64,000 nucleotides of DNA from Sphaerodactylus townsendi (GCF_021028975.2 NC_059426.1:143530001-143594000), one strand, 5' to 3'; shown: positions 38,388 through 51,164, counted from the first letter of the stretch. Made by a program: numbers and translations. Notes: generated by a model not told the origin, from the letters alone.

Positions 38388-38573
38388 CAGCGGTTCTCAA
38401 CCTGGGGGTCGCGACCCCTTTGGGGGTCGAATGACCCTTTCACAGGGGTCGCCTAAGACTCTCTGCATTAGTGTTTTCCATCTGTAAAATGGATAAATGT
38501 TAGGGTTGGGGGTCACCACAACATGAGGAACTGTATTAAAGGGTCACAGCATTAGGAAGGTCGAGAACTACTG
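38388..38573. mobile_element. SPIN (Space Invader, URR1-like) non-autonomous hAT element
   Basis: CAGCGGTTCTCAACCTG.GGGTCGCGACCCCTTTGGGGGTCGAA...GGGGGTCACCACAACATGAGGAACTGTATTAAAGGGTC...GAGAACTACTG matches the recalled SPIN/URR1 ends. Perfect TSD ATGTAGGA at 38380-38387 and 38574-38581. Confidence 0.92.
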
Positions 38574-39159
38574 ATGTAGGAAGAATGTTCTAGTGAACCA
38601 CCAGTCAGTGAAGAATCAAAGTGGCTGAGCTTCTTTTCCCAACATTTCTTTATTTAGCTATTTAAACCCTGCTTCACTTTCTAGGGAAGACCCCCAAAAG
38701 CTTTCAATTGTTATTCTCTCCTCTTCCATTTTATGCTCACCACTTCAACACTGTCAGGCAGGTTGGGCTGAAAGAGTGACTGTCCCAAGGTCTTCTACTG
38801 AAGCATCCATGGCACAGTGGGGGTCAGATCAGGGAATAACATCACACAATATTTATCAAAATAAAGCAAAAATGGTCCATTCATATTTTGCTTGAGTCCG
38901 GATTAACAGGACTGGAAAGAATCCTTAAATCCAAATATGTTCTGACTCTGGATCCCAGCCTCTTATTGCACCAGCACATGGTCCACAGTTTCTACAGTCT
39001 TCTCCCTTCAGTTGTAGACCATCACCTCACATCCTATGCTAGGGTTACCAACTTCGGATTGGGAAATTCCTGGAGACTGGATGGCTGAGCGGAGACTGGA
39101 TGTGTGGGAACTGGAATGGGGAGGAACCTCAGTGGAGTATAATGGAACAGAATCCACCC

Positions 39160-39338
39160 CAGAGGTGTAGTTATAAGGGAACGAGGGGGGGGTGCATCAT
39201 GCACTGGGCGTGTGCCGATGAGGGAAGAAAATTGCCCCCAACCCTTCCCCCTTCCCGCCCCCCCTTACCTTAGTTTAAAAGCAGCCTGATGGGAACTACA
39301 TTTCCCAGGAGACCTTGCGAGCCCCACTCCCTACAGGA
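39160..39338. mobile_element. Truncated hAT MITE nested in a Blackjack-like MITE (39040-39447)
   Basis: Starts CAGAGGTGTAG. Flanks ATCCACCC/TTCCACCC. Shares gggaactacatttccca with 62142-62402. Confidence 0.65.
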
Positions 39339-40228
39339 TTCCACCCTCCAAAGTTGCCATTTTCTTCAGGGGAACTGACCTCTATGCTGTGGAGATCCGC
39401 TTTGATTCTGGGAGAACTCCAGTTCCAACAGAAGAGTGGCAACCCTATTCCAAACCTTTTCTCAGGATCCCAAGCTGAGAGGGGAAATGTCTCTGACAAT
39501 GCAGATGAGATGACAGCAGGCTGGCTTAAACTGCCACACCACAAATGACCAAGTATGAATGAGGTAATTAGGAATAAAATTTGTGTAACAGCTACAAATC
39601 TGGAATCCGGCAACTGGGACAAACCCATTCAAAGCAAAATGAAATATTCCATAACTGCTCAATAACTATTGATAGGTACAACTAACCACACTATGTCTCA
39701 GCTGAACTTACCTTACAAGCTTGTTGTAAGGATAAAATATAGAAGGGGGAAATCTTGTTCTAAATTGCTTCAGGCCCCCACTGGGGAAAAATTGAGATAA
39801 ATGTCTAAATTAATTAATTAATGAACAAAGAAATGCACTATCCTCATGAGGTCTTAACCAGAAGGTGCTCAAAACAGGATTATAGCTATAATAGATAATA
39901 TTCTGGGCAGCAAGTCTACTGATATGTATCTAAGCGTAGGAACTGAATAAAAACCAGCTTTTTAAAATATCAGCTTCATAAGAATCTTAAAGGGTATAAG
40001 AATTTTAAACATGTAGGGAAAAGTCTGTTGTTTAGACCAAATTTATAAGCCATTTAAAAATCTTTATCATACGGTTTTTATCATCCATTGCAAAATGAAC
40101 TCAGCGGAGCAGGGAAAATATCTCTTGACGAAGCAAGGAAGACATTCAGTGAGCACTAGAATTTAATTTTTTAGACTGTGAAAATAGGGGAATCAAACAA
40201 TGGTGAGGAGCATAAAAATAACATGCAA

Positions 40229-40504
40229 TCAAAAGAGTGTAATTTGAAACCATTTGTTGCAGTACTTTTCTGTGGAATTTGGCTGACTCTGCTCAGTATT
40301 TAATTCAAAAGTTCCTCTGGAATGAAAGTCCTTTGCAGGGCAATTTAACTTGGCTGGCGAGGGCTGGAATGTGAATGTTCCCACATCCCTCTTGCTTAAG
40401 CCAGTGGTTTGTGGCACAGAGCTACTGTCCCTTTTGGCCATTTCCCCGTGGAGCTCTTTTTCTAGGGAATTTGCAATAGTGGCTGCTTGGGATAGAAGTT
40501 GGAT
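40229..40504 (-). CDS. Candidate phase-0 terminal exon of an unidentified minus-strand gene (91 aa)
   Basis: Acceptor ctctttcagattttag|ATC, open frame IQLLSQAATIANSLEKELHGEMAKRDSSS...KWFQITLF*, and ATTAAA at 40167-40162 (minus). No homologue recognised and no partner exon found. Confidence 0.25.
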   Translation of the reverse strand: MQLLSQAATIANSLEKELHGEMAKRDSSSVPQTTGLSKRDVGTFTFQPSPAKLNCPAKDFHSRGTFELNTEQSQPNSTEKYCNKWFQITLF

Positions 40505-41393
40505 CTAAAATCTGAAAGAGTCAAATTGTCTTCCATTTGAGAAATTGTCTTCCATTTGAGGAGTCTGCGAAACTACATGGAAAGGAAGATAGCAGGAATG
40601 CTCTAAATCCATGTTCGATTAAAAATATTCTAGATGCCAGCATCTGATGTCCTATCAAAGTAGAGAATACAGAAATCGTATCCAAGGCATGAGTTCTACA
40701 GATTCTGAGCCTTGTGTGTTCATTGAAGTAAAAAAAACCCACAAAAAATGAAGCATAGGAATATCAGTGGTAGAACACATATTTAATTGTATTCGGGCAG
40801 TCACAGTTGTATACAACATGACAAGCTAGGAAATCTAAACACTGCAGCTCATTTCATTATGAAGATTCTCTAATTTCCTAAAGCCACATCAACCAAAGCT
40901 TGCCTCTGTCCTCCTGAAAGAGATCTGGACCTGAACTTTCAATTCAGGAAAATAAGCAGAAGGGGTTGAGATAATCAGGGGAAGGGTGTATATGATGAAC
41001 TATTGTTTCCCCCAGATACTGGCACAATTGAACCAGCAAGATTTGTGTAATGTGACTTCATTTTGGAGTCTGCCAAAATGGAATTCATACATTTAAAAAT
41101 TAAACTGTAGTATGTGAACAGTACACAACAGGGTAACAGATGTATACCAGTGTTCTCAAGCATCTGGGAACGACACATGATGTTTTTCCTGAACTGCACT
41201 AAAAACAGCTTTTTTATGTTGTATGATTTGAACACCGAATCTTTGGCTGCCTTTAATTTAAAGCTCACAGGAGCAATGAAGTTGCCTTTCCAGGTTGCAG
41301 GTGGGGTGGGGAAACAGTTACTGCTCCTCCAGATGTGCTACTGTTTTTTTTCAAACTGTTCAGTAGAGGGGGGAGATACTTGAAAGGGCCTGT

Positions 41394-41407
41394 GTTGCTA
41401 TGGCAAC
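41394..41407. promoter_or_regulatory. RFX X-box
   Basis: GTTGCTATGGCAAC, one position from the ideal GTTGCCATGGCAAC palindrome, extended by T...A flanks, in non-repeat sequence. Confidence 0.6.
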
Positions 41408-41979
41408 AGCATCTCTGATAGTAGGTGGCAGCAGCTTCATAACTGAGAAGATCAGCTGAGACCTACTGACTGGTTGTCAGAAGGCAGAAGTACACAAAAG
41501 AACAGCAACGACCGCTTTGTTCTGTTAAATGGAGAGTGGGGGCACTGGATGGAGGAGACTTGAGGTAACTAAGCACAGATAAAGAAAAGGTTCGAGTTGA
41601 GACTGTTTAACCAGGGGAGGGGGTCTGAACAGTGCCCAGACAGAAGAAGGACAATGTCAATCATGCCAAGAAGACCTTTCGCATTTGTATTCAGAAAGAG
41701 CATCTACAATTTCCTAATCCTTTAGTAAAGAGGTGAGGAACAGTGAAAGATTGAGAGATAATTAGAAAAAGATAACACCACACTGGAGCTCAGCGAAGTG
41801 GCAATCAGTTAGTTGAAGGCATGCTTTTGGAAGAAGTGGGGGGGGGGGCAGGCCACTGACTAGGTACTACAAAGAACAACTGTGTACCTGCTGAGGTCCA
41901 AGAGACAACAGTTAAAGACATAAATTTACCTCAGATTCTATTGAAACAATTCCACACAACAACAAAAACTGTCTCCTCA

Positions 41980-42592
41980 TTTTTTGTCTGGACAGGACAA
42001 AAAATAAAGCATCTGAGAAATAAAGCATTTGAGGAGTGCATGCATTGCACAGCCTTCTTTTCAGTAAATAAAATACATGAATCATCTCAGCTGTTCCTGC
42101 TGATTCCAGCAATATATAGTTTTTCTGCTTTTTTAAAAAAAATTCAATGAGCTATCTTTGAAGACATGAACACCCAATCAATTAAAAAAAACAGGAAAAT
42201 TATATATTGCTGGAATCAGCAATATCAGCTGATTCATGTAGTATATTGACTGAAAAGAAGCCCGGCCACGATGCATGCAGAGCAAACGTCCCAGGGCAAG
42301 TTCAGCAAATGAAGGATTCAAGCGGCAGAAAATGGTGGGTGCCTGTGAAAATGAAGTGAGAGCTTTTACTGGGAAGGAGGAATAAGTCATCTCATGAGGC
42401 AGGAGATGACTTTAAGCCAACTTTCAAAAAAAGACTGCTAGTTTTACGTTTTCACAAAAAAAAAATCCTGGGTTGAGCTGAAATAAAATGTCCTGAGGAC
42501 GTTTTGAGGAGAAAGCTGTGCAGAGTTCTTCCCCAAAATGCTTCTTATTTTCATGTCCTCAAGATGTTTTATTTGTGTTGTGCAGAAAGGGC
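41980..42592. mobile_element. Old Harbinger-type non-autonomous element with ~100-bp-arm internal inverted repeat
   Basis: Right end ttttatttgtgttgtgcagaaagggcc. Arms 42037-42140 and 42182-42279. Internal similarity to 49300-49400. Confidence 0.6.
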
Positions 42593-42789
42593 CAGTTTCC
42601 TGGCTACAGAATGCCTACCAGCATCGAAGAATTCTGAAATGACTCATATGCCAATAACTAAGGATATAAATTTATTTATCAATTAATGAAAAAGTAAAAT
42701 CAAATCTATTTTTGTAATGTGCTTTCAGATTTCTGCAATTCAAACCTCATTACTTTATATTTTTGGATGTCACATCCTGTTAAATGTAG

Positions 42790-43233
42790 GGCAGCCCAAT
42801 CTAGAACCCCGGTGATGTCACCCTGCATCCTCCAGAGGGCTTTCTGGCAGTGCTGGGAGGGGAAAAGAAGGCAATTCCATTCCACCCTGCCCCCACACAC
42901 ACTGCTGCCACTGGAAAGCCCTCCATAGGCCTTAATAAACGTACGCCACCCAAGTCCAGGACCTGGGCCATGGTGGAAGTCAGCTCCACCCCCAGGAACA
43001 TCCTGGTCTGCCCTGAGCCCATGGCATCCAATTGTGACACCAGCACAGTTCTGCAGCAGCCCAGACTTCCAAGTTCCACTGCCGCAGAGCTGAGGGGTGG
43101 CCAGCCACCACTGCCTTTGTCCCCACTGCCTGTGCTGATGGCCCCTGCACTGGGAGAGGAGGCAAATGTGTCAGCACAGCCCTGCACCACCTCCTCAAGT
43201 GGATTCACAACCCCTCATCTGGATTGGGCTGTC
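42790..43233. mobile_element. Harbinger-type MITE (CAGCCCAATC termini)
   Basis: GGCAGCCCAATC ... GATTGGGCTGTC terminal inverted repeats. Confidence 0.7.
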
Positions 43234-46200
43234 AGATTTACAGCGAGTAATCTACATCTAGTTTTAGTGAGGAAAGAAAGACTAAATGTAAACAAATAAA
43301 AGGAGCTCTAAATATACTTGTTGATATTAGTTGAATATCAAATGATATTAACAAATATGTTTGGTTTTTCCATTTCTTTGTTTGTAGCTATTTATTACCT
43401 TGGCACATGACCTGGTTTTGAGTTCAAGCAGAATTCAAACTCTGGGGCAAAGGGAAGAGAGTCTGGAGAGAATGAAACAGATTGAGAACGCTACCAATCA
43501 GCAGAATAAATAAGTCTTGCAAGAGAAGAGATTTGTCCTGATTTTCCTTTCTTTCTGCAGTGTTTGTACTAATCATTGTTGACATGACTAGGGCTTTCTT
43601 GATCCCATATGACCATCATCCCTCTTCCCCACCACTGTCTCTCTTCTCTTTGAGACTGAAATAACCAAACAAAACCAAAATTTTAAAATGCACACCATCT
43701 CTGAAAGTGCAATGTGATATCCCACTCCTCTCCAGTCAACATTGTATATTTAACAGTATTTGCATTCTCCACCATCGCTCGCGGTGCCCTCTGCCATCTC
43801 TGTGCCACATTGTGCTCATTAATGAGATGGTGTCTTGGTTCTTAGATAGGCCTGACAGTGAATGGCTACCTGAAAGCCACTGGTCAGAGTAGCAAAGTGT
43901 AAGTCATGGTGTCAGATTTACAACCGAGCTAGCATCTGGCTCAGATTCATTCTCAATAAAACAACTTGACTTGATGACATTATAGCAGAACCACTTTTTT
44001 TTTCTACCGGTGTGTATGTGTATGTAGAAAATAGGCATCTCTGGCACACCATGTGGATGAAACAGTGCACAATTTTAAGGCCTGGCTCATACTGATGACA
44101 TTTTCTTAGTTCCCTCACCCCCTCCCCTACTCTCCCTCAGGCCATGAGAGGGCTTTTTCAGGCCTTCAAAAAAAATTAATAATTGCTGTTATGTGCCAAA
44201 ACATTATATGCCACAACATTATAATATGTGCCACAATATTATAATAATCTATTGCTATAGTCTACTAGGTCTTCTGAATTATCAGCTTTAAGCAAGTCAC
44301 TAGCCCTCTTCATTTCAGAGATATATTCTGTCAAAAGGCTAGAGACCATGTTTAAAATGAAAGCTGGAATTCAGGAAAAATTAGTAAAATCATGGCATTG
44401 ACAGTTATCATATCACAGTATCACAGCAATGTAGTCATTGACACCTCCCCAACCCTGAATATAGCCCTTTGGTGGCATAAGGGGTAAATGGCTTTGAAAG
44501 AGGACTGAGGCAAGGAAAATGTCTCTGATACTGCTGCAAATACTTTTCTGCATTTGCAGCAGCAATGAGGTAAAACTTGGCAAATCATTGCTGTGTGGAA
44601 ACAACCTGTGAAAGGTTCATGTTGTGATCTTCTGGACAGCTGTGTTTTATGCATGGAATGAGAGCCAGTTGAAATGTTTTTCTAATCACACAGCAATGGA
44701 TTAATTCCACAGGACAGGCCCGTCACTGAACGCTGCCTGTTCCTTTCTATGTTACTTTCGCGCCCCAAAGCAGTTTTGCAGCATTACTTCTCAAGAAACT
44801 GAGAAGGGCTGTTGACAAGAAGAAGCCCTATTAGCAGAGACACCCTCCTGGAGGTGTTTGGGAAGAGACATTAGGCTGCTGTCGAAACCAGCTACTCATC
44901 CTGCCGGCCAGGGCTTATTCTTCCTGACATCTGCTTTTTGAGGTACTGCTGTGTGTATTAGATGCCATTAAAAGCCATTTTGCCACCAAGTTGTGCTATT
45001 TGCTGGGACATGCATTGCTAGAGGGTCTCACCAGGGTTGCCCTCTCCACTGGAGACGACAACAGTCACTACCACAGAAATTCTGGGAAGAGCACAGCATT
45101 CAAGAGGATCTCTTCATCCTGGGGAATGCTCAGAAGAGACGTTGTCCATTGAAAGAGCACCATTTAATAAAAAAACCTGACAGAACTAGAAATAGAAACC
45201 TGTCTTGACCTCCTGCTGCAAAGCCATTCCATACTGTTTTCTTTCTCTCCCTTTGTAATTGCATTTCTTCTTTCAGCAATTCAAAGCCCCAGGAAAGACA
45301 GATGGTGGGAGAGAAATAGAGTAACCATTAATTAACCTTAATATCACTGTGGCTTGGAGTGGGGGCATACTGAGCAATTAATTCCATGCATCCAGAAGGA
45401 CTTGGGGGAGCTTGCCTATTGAATCATAGGTGATGTTTAAAAGGAGCATGTAATGTGTGGCACAGAGGCGAGTTTTTACAGAAGAACTTGGAGGTGGCAA
45501 TGGGCTTGCCTAAAGCAGTCCCCGGATAGTGTCCGCAGTGTCCCAAAAGGCACTACCTTCAGAGTGGAACAGAACATCAGTTCCAGACAGAGAGCTAAGC
45601 ATGCAAACAGACGAATGTAAAACAAACATCCTCGTGTGATCACATGAGTAGACTCTTGGACTTGGGGCATTTGAACATAAGCTGAACTCTCTACTATGCC
45701 GTGGATTTACTAGATGGTCTTGGACTATCTTTTGACCTCTGTTTCTACTCTTCTGCATTGTGAAATATGGTGTATCCTTCCCGAATTGGGCAACTAGACT
45801 GTAAAATAAACATGCTGTACATTTGCCTATATTGTGCCAATGTTAATTGTTCTGTGAAATCTGACTGCTGAGTTCTGAGCTGTTTTTGTTTGCTTTGTTT
45901 CGTTTTTGGAAGCAGGGATGGCACGCAGCCTGGGAATGAGCATAGGAGCCCAGGGTTGCTGGACTGGATTTAAAAAATAAAGGGCATCTAAGGACATTTT
46001 GTATTTATTTGTATGAACCAAGGAAATGGTATATTCTGCTCTTCCAACATCTGCCTGAGGCTGCTTACAATAATATTGTTAAAACAAATCAGTGCAATAA
46101 CTACCAAAGTGACTACCAACTTACTAAACTGAGCATGCCTTACAGCAACAGCCCACTGTCTCAACCAATGCAAAAGAAAATCAAATAATACAGCCCATAA

Positions 46201-46419
46201 TATCAGCAATTAGCAAAGATCCTTAAAAACAAAACAGCTCTGTGGGCCTTTCTGAAAGCTTTGCAGACATCTTCTGGTCCTTAAGTTTGCCAGATAAATA
46301 AAGTGATGACATTATGAAAGAAAAGGCAGCTGCCATGCTCTGTGCTAGGGCAATGGTGTAGGACAGAGGTACCCAAAGCAGTTTAGCAGTATTACTTCTC
46401 AATTCCGAGAAGTTCTATT

Positions 46420-46731
46420 GACAAGTTTTTGGTGCCTTCCAGGTCTTTTCAGGAAGTGGGTGGGGCCAGGTGGTGTTTTGCTCAGCAAGTCTTCAGATTG
46501 ACTACTGGTGATTTTATTGGCTGCACAGATTTTTTTTAAAATGTTGCTTCGGTAGCAGCTGCCACCATGGCACAAGAATCACTGAAATTAAGCTGTGGCA
46601 ATCATTTTGTGACTGGCTCCACCTCCTGCAGCAGCCATTTTGTGGTAGCTATTTGGTTACTGCCCCCCCCCCCCCCCCCATGTTAGAATTCCAAATGTGT
46701 CCGCAGGCTCAAAAAGATTGGGCACCCCCTG
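46420..46731. mobile_element. hAT Charlie-like MITE remnant
   Basis: Right end gcaggctcaaaaagattgggcaccccctg. Repeated cagccattttgtg motifs. Confidence 0.6.
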
Positions 46732-47171
46732 ACTAGGATAAATAACAATGGGTGTCCCCAAGAGACATCAAGCAATCACTGGCTGATACATGAAATTAAA
46801 CACATCATCTTAATTAGAGGGAATGCTTTATTACTGCTGCAATTACTAAACATGACAGTAGTACCAACAGTGTATTGTGTATTGCTGAACACAGTTCAGA
46901 TCTAACATTGTCTTCCACTCATATACACATCCCATCTAAATTACATTGGTAACGTAGGAAAGTCAAGGATATGCAATGCATAGGGGGGAAAGGAGAGGGA
47001 AATGGCAGCAGTGGAGGATGAAGGGGTGACTAAGAGGGTTCAAAAACCATTATCATCAAGAGTCTTGAGAAGCTCAATGTAATGCTTATAGTTTCACTGA
47101 GCTTCGAGATGAGCCAGGAGTTTCAGTTCACTGTGTCCTTCGTCAGCAAGGCGATTCACCACCTTACCATT

Positions 47172-47599
47172 TCGGGTTGCCAACTGGACTGGGAAATTCA
47201 TGGAGACTTGGGTGTGGATCCAGGGAAGGTCAGAGTTTGAAGAGAGGAGAGAGCTCGACAGAGATGTGATCCATACAGTTAAGGTTGCCAACTTCCAGGT
47301 GGTACCTGGAGATCTCCCACTATTACAACTGATGTCCAGGTGACTGAGATCAGTTCACCAGGAGAAAATGGCCACTTTGAAAGGTGGACTTCTGGGCATT
47401 ATACCCACTGAAGCCTCTTCCTTCCCCCAACCCCACCTTCCCTAGATTTCACCCCCCAAATTTCCTGACGTTTCCCAACCCAGAGCTGGCAACGCTACAT
47501 ACAGTCCTCCTTCCAAAGCAGCCATTTTCTTCATAGAAACTGGTCTCAGTTGTAATTCCAGGAGAAACTCCAGGCACCGCCTGGAGGCTGGCAAATCTA
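47172..47599. mobile_element. Blackjack-like hAT MITE with a same-family copy nested in opposite orientation (47280-47497)
   Basis: Outer GGGTTGCCAA...TGGCAAATCTA. Inner TAAGGTTGCCAA...TGGCAACGCTA with perfect TSD CATACAGT at 47272-47279 and 47498-47505. Confidence 0.88.
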
Positions 47600-49179
47600 G
47601 TTGCCATTCTTGAAGGTGTTCAGTAAAGCCAAACAGAAGATGGTCAGTAGGGGTGTGACTAAGGCCTATTTCTAATGTTCTTTGCAGACTTCTTTTTCCT
47701 GGCAGCAGTACAGCGACAGGATCCAGAGGCTCTGAGGAATGTTAGGAAGAGCAAGTACTGACAGTATGTAATCAATGCATTTGGATTATGAGCGTATGTA
47801 GGGGGCGGGGTTTATTACGCAATTGTTTGCATGTGTTTAATGGCTAAAGGTGACCAGCCATGGCTAAGGATCCAATAATTGTGGGTGAGAAACAATAATA
47901 CACTATAGCCAAGAAAGTATTTTAAAGAAGAATGAGGGGGGATAAAAGAAATGGTGGGAAAATGTGGAACGAGGATCCTCTCCAGTTCTGCTTACGAAGT
48001 TTGGGGTAACGAATAACTTACTAATACAACTCCAAAACCCCATCACAGGCATTCCAGGCTAATAGGTTCCATCTGTGAGAAGCGTTGCGCTCCACCCTTG
48101 TCTTGGCATTCTGGTCTGTAGAGTAGTTCTTTTCAGAGCCTTCTGACCTTCTTAAAGTCATGTGCCTCTGATCATCCTCAAAGCAAGTGTCTGATGGAAT
48201 TTAGCTGTGACCCCTTCTGAATCCCTCACAGGGGGCTCCCTTGCTGTCTGTGTGCTGACATTCCCCAGAGAGGCTCAAAAATATTTATACTAAATACACT
48301 GTCTCATATGCATGCGGAGAGACCGGAGTCTTGCCTGAGCCAACCCAACAGGATACCAGCTCTGTTTTGTTCCCATTTCAGGCCCAGTTCTGATTGATGG
48401 GGACAAGCTGGCAAGAGCACGGTGGATCAGGAATAATGAGCTCTAGCAAGGTTTTCACAGATGTGGATGCAGGGCTAGCATATTTCAAACAAGATATACA
48501 GAATTTTTAACATGTCTTTTACCAATTGTGCAGGGTTATGTGAGGATCCTAAGACTGGAATGGAAAGTACACTGAGGGAAAGCAAATCCAGCACTGATTT
48601 GATCATTTAGCTCCAAATGCAAGAGTAGGCTTCTGGAAATAGAGCATTTCAACCTATGGATGAACACAGAGATATGGCCACTCTTCACAGATATTCAGGT
48701 TTGGCACTCCCCCTAACGTTTGTGACTGCTATTTTGTGTGAATTGGGCAATGTGCATATTTTCCATGCATAAGTCTACAGCTTTAATGCATGCAAACAGA
48801 ATTCCAGATTTTTGAGGATTGGGTTAATGCATATTGAAGCTGTATGTACATGGGAATAAATGTATTGTTTCATTTACACAAAATGTTGACTACATATGTT
48901 TGGATGCCACCATGTACTATCATTACATGCAGTCAGAGCAAAAGTCTGACAGAACTGATTTCAACACACATTTCCTTCACTCCAAGGCATTTGTTTTCAG
49001 GACAGAACTTTTAGACTTGGAAACATTTTGAAAAGAACCATTTTCATGGGCTTTGTCTACAAAGGCCAGAAAAGTTAAGTGTTTCAGTTAAAAATGGTTC
49101 TTTTTTAAAAACAAACCTCACACTGACATATCTTTGAAGCTACAGAGACTCTTCGGATATCATATCTACAAAACATCAA

Positions 49180-50384
49180 ATCTACCTCACACAAAAAAAT
49201 TAAAAAGGAAAAAAAGGCATGTTTGCATAATTGGCAGGCAAAACTGCTACACAGCAATGATAGAAATGTCGGGCAACCATGATGCCAGATGAGAAAACGT
49301 CCATAGGAAACTTCAGCAAATGGCGGACAGAACAGAGAATCACTGAAGTAGCAGAAAATGGTGGGAGGCCGAGAAATGAAACTGAGGCTGATTTTTCACA
49401 GTCAAAATGCCCCATGGTAGATCTGGGCACTTACCTGCTGCTGCGCTTTTTGCCCTGCTTCTGACTCAACAAGTTCCCAGTTTCTTCCCGGGATTCAAGG
49501 CAGGGCTGACACATTATGCCCCAGCTGCTTTTTCATGAGCCCAGTGCTTTTCCAATTGTACTGCGAGCTCTTCTGCAATGTCTTCCACACATGTGCGGAC
49601 AACCTCTGTTTCCCACATTCTGATTAGCTGAATCTCCCCCCATTCCCTCCACTCACTTTCACTATTTTTGTTTTAAATGACTGTGAACACAAAACAGGCG
49701 CTGAGAATCCTTGCGTGTGCAAGAGAATCGCCATCCTCCACCCCCCCTCTTCCTCCGTGTTTTTTCCACTGCAATGACAGCCACGTCTCTTATCGACAGG
49801 GATTCTCTTACACACACAAGGATTTTATGCAGGGGGGGAAGGGCGCCAATTCTCAGTGCCTGTTGATTGGTGGGGTGGGTCAGAGCGGCAAGGTGGGGGG
49901 AAAAGGTCCCAGTTCTGCTGCCGTGGAGTTTTTAATGGCAGTGGAAGCCACCGGAGTAACAAAGGGGCATTCCAAAAGAACCTCAAATGTGGCGGTTTTT
50001 GAAAGTTCTGGAGTAAAGCCAATACTGCAGGGCAGCGCTGAGGCAGACATGTTGCAGGAACGAGAGCCGTGAAGAATTCCTGACTGCAGAGGAGTAGTCC
50101 CCCATGCTAACAAAGGTACAATTTTGCCGTGAAAAATCAGCCTGAGAGCTTCAAAATCATTCAGAAGAAATAAACATTTCCTGGTCTCCACACAGCAAGC
50201 AGGAAAAGTTTTGAAAACATTTTGGGGGAAAAAGATTGCTAGTTTCCTGGATTCAAATAAAATGGTTTGAGGCAGAAATAAAATGTTTCCAAAAGGTTTG
50301 GGGCTAAAAGCTGTGCAAAAGCCCTGGAGGAAATATTTTATTTTCCTGCCTTAAAACGTTTTATTTGTGCTGTGCAGTAAGGGC
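49180..50384 (-). mobile_element. Old Harbinger-type element with possible Myb/SANT ORF relic
   Basis: Right end ttttatttgtgctgtgcagtaagggc, like 42592. Minus 49630-49435 reads QLIRMWETEVVRTCVEDIAEEL and later reaches a CAG|GTAAG donor. Confidence 0.5.
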
Positions 50385-50805
50385 TTGAGAATGTATCTTT
50401 CATGTCACCCATCGATAAAGTTGGTGCAACCTATTCAACAGTGCCAATAGGATTACTAACTCTGGGTTTCTCTAGGAGAACTGATCTCTGTTACCTGGAG
50501 ATCAATTGAAATTCTGGGAGAGCTCTAGATGGGACCTGGAGTAGAGCAACTATGAGCAGTAACCTGAGATGTTTCCTGTTCAGCAAAAATATGGATTGAT
50601 GACATGGTCTCATCTTCAGTTTCCTGTTTGTCAAATGCGAATACTAAAGATTGGCATGATTATTCACAATGTTGATATCCTTCCTTGTTCTTATCTAGCT
50701 CGGAGCAACTTACATGCAGTCTCTAATAGAGCTGCTGCTCGGATCCACAACCACTTAGATGTCAGATACATCAGACCAGCCAATAATCATCTGTGGTCTA
50801 CACTA

Positions 50806-50840
50806 TTTGTTTGTTTGTTTGTTTGTTTGTTTGTTTGTTT
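50806..50840. repeat. (GTTT)n microsatellite, tail of a short L2-type 3' end
   Basis: Read directly; followed by ttttataccaccctcccc. Confidence 0.9.
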
Positions 50841-51164
50841 ATTGGTTATATTTTTATACCACCCTCCCCTGAAGGGCTCAGTTTTTCAGTGCTTGAAGAC
50901 CTAATAATGAAACACTGAGATCACTGGGGTGGGTTGTCTCTTGCCTTTTCATACCCATACCAACCTGTTTTGTCCTCTCAAGGCTAACCTGTTGTATTCC
51001 ATTTAGAGGGGAACAGCAGAATGGAGAGTGCTGTTAGGTCTCATTTTGGTTCCCTGAACCATCTCCATGGTCTCCTTTTGCATGGAGGTTGGCTTTCTTC
51101 AAAACAGCATCACCCTGCAGAACAGAGTGAGGAACACTTTTTTTTCTGAGGAACCTACAGTGCC

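Noticed and set aside
42801-43299. Overlapping 135- and 149-aa ORFs
   Set aside because: They lie within a TIR-bounded MITE and show no transposase or host protein motifs.
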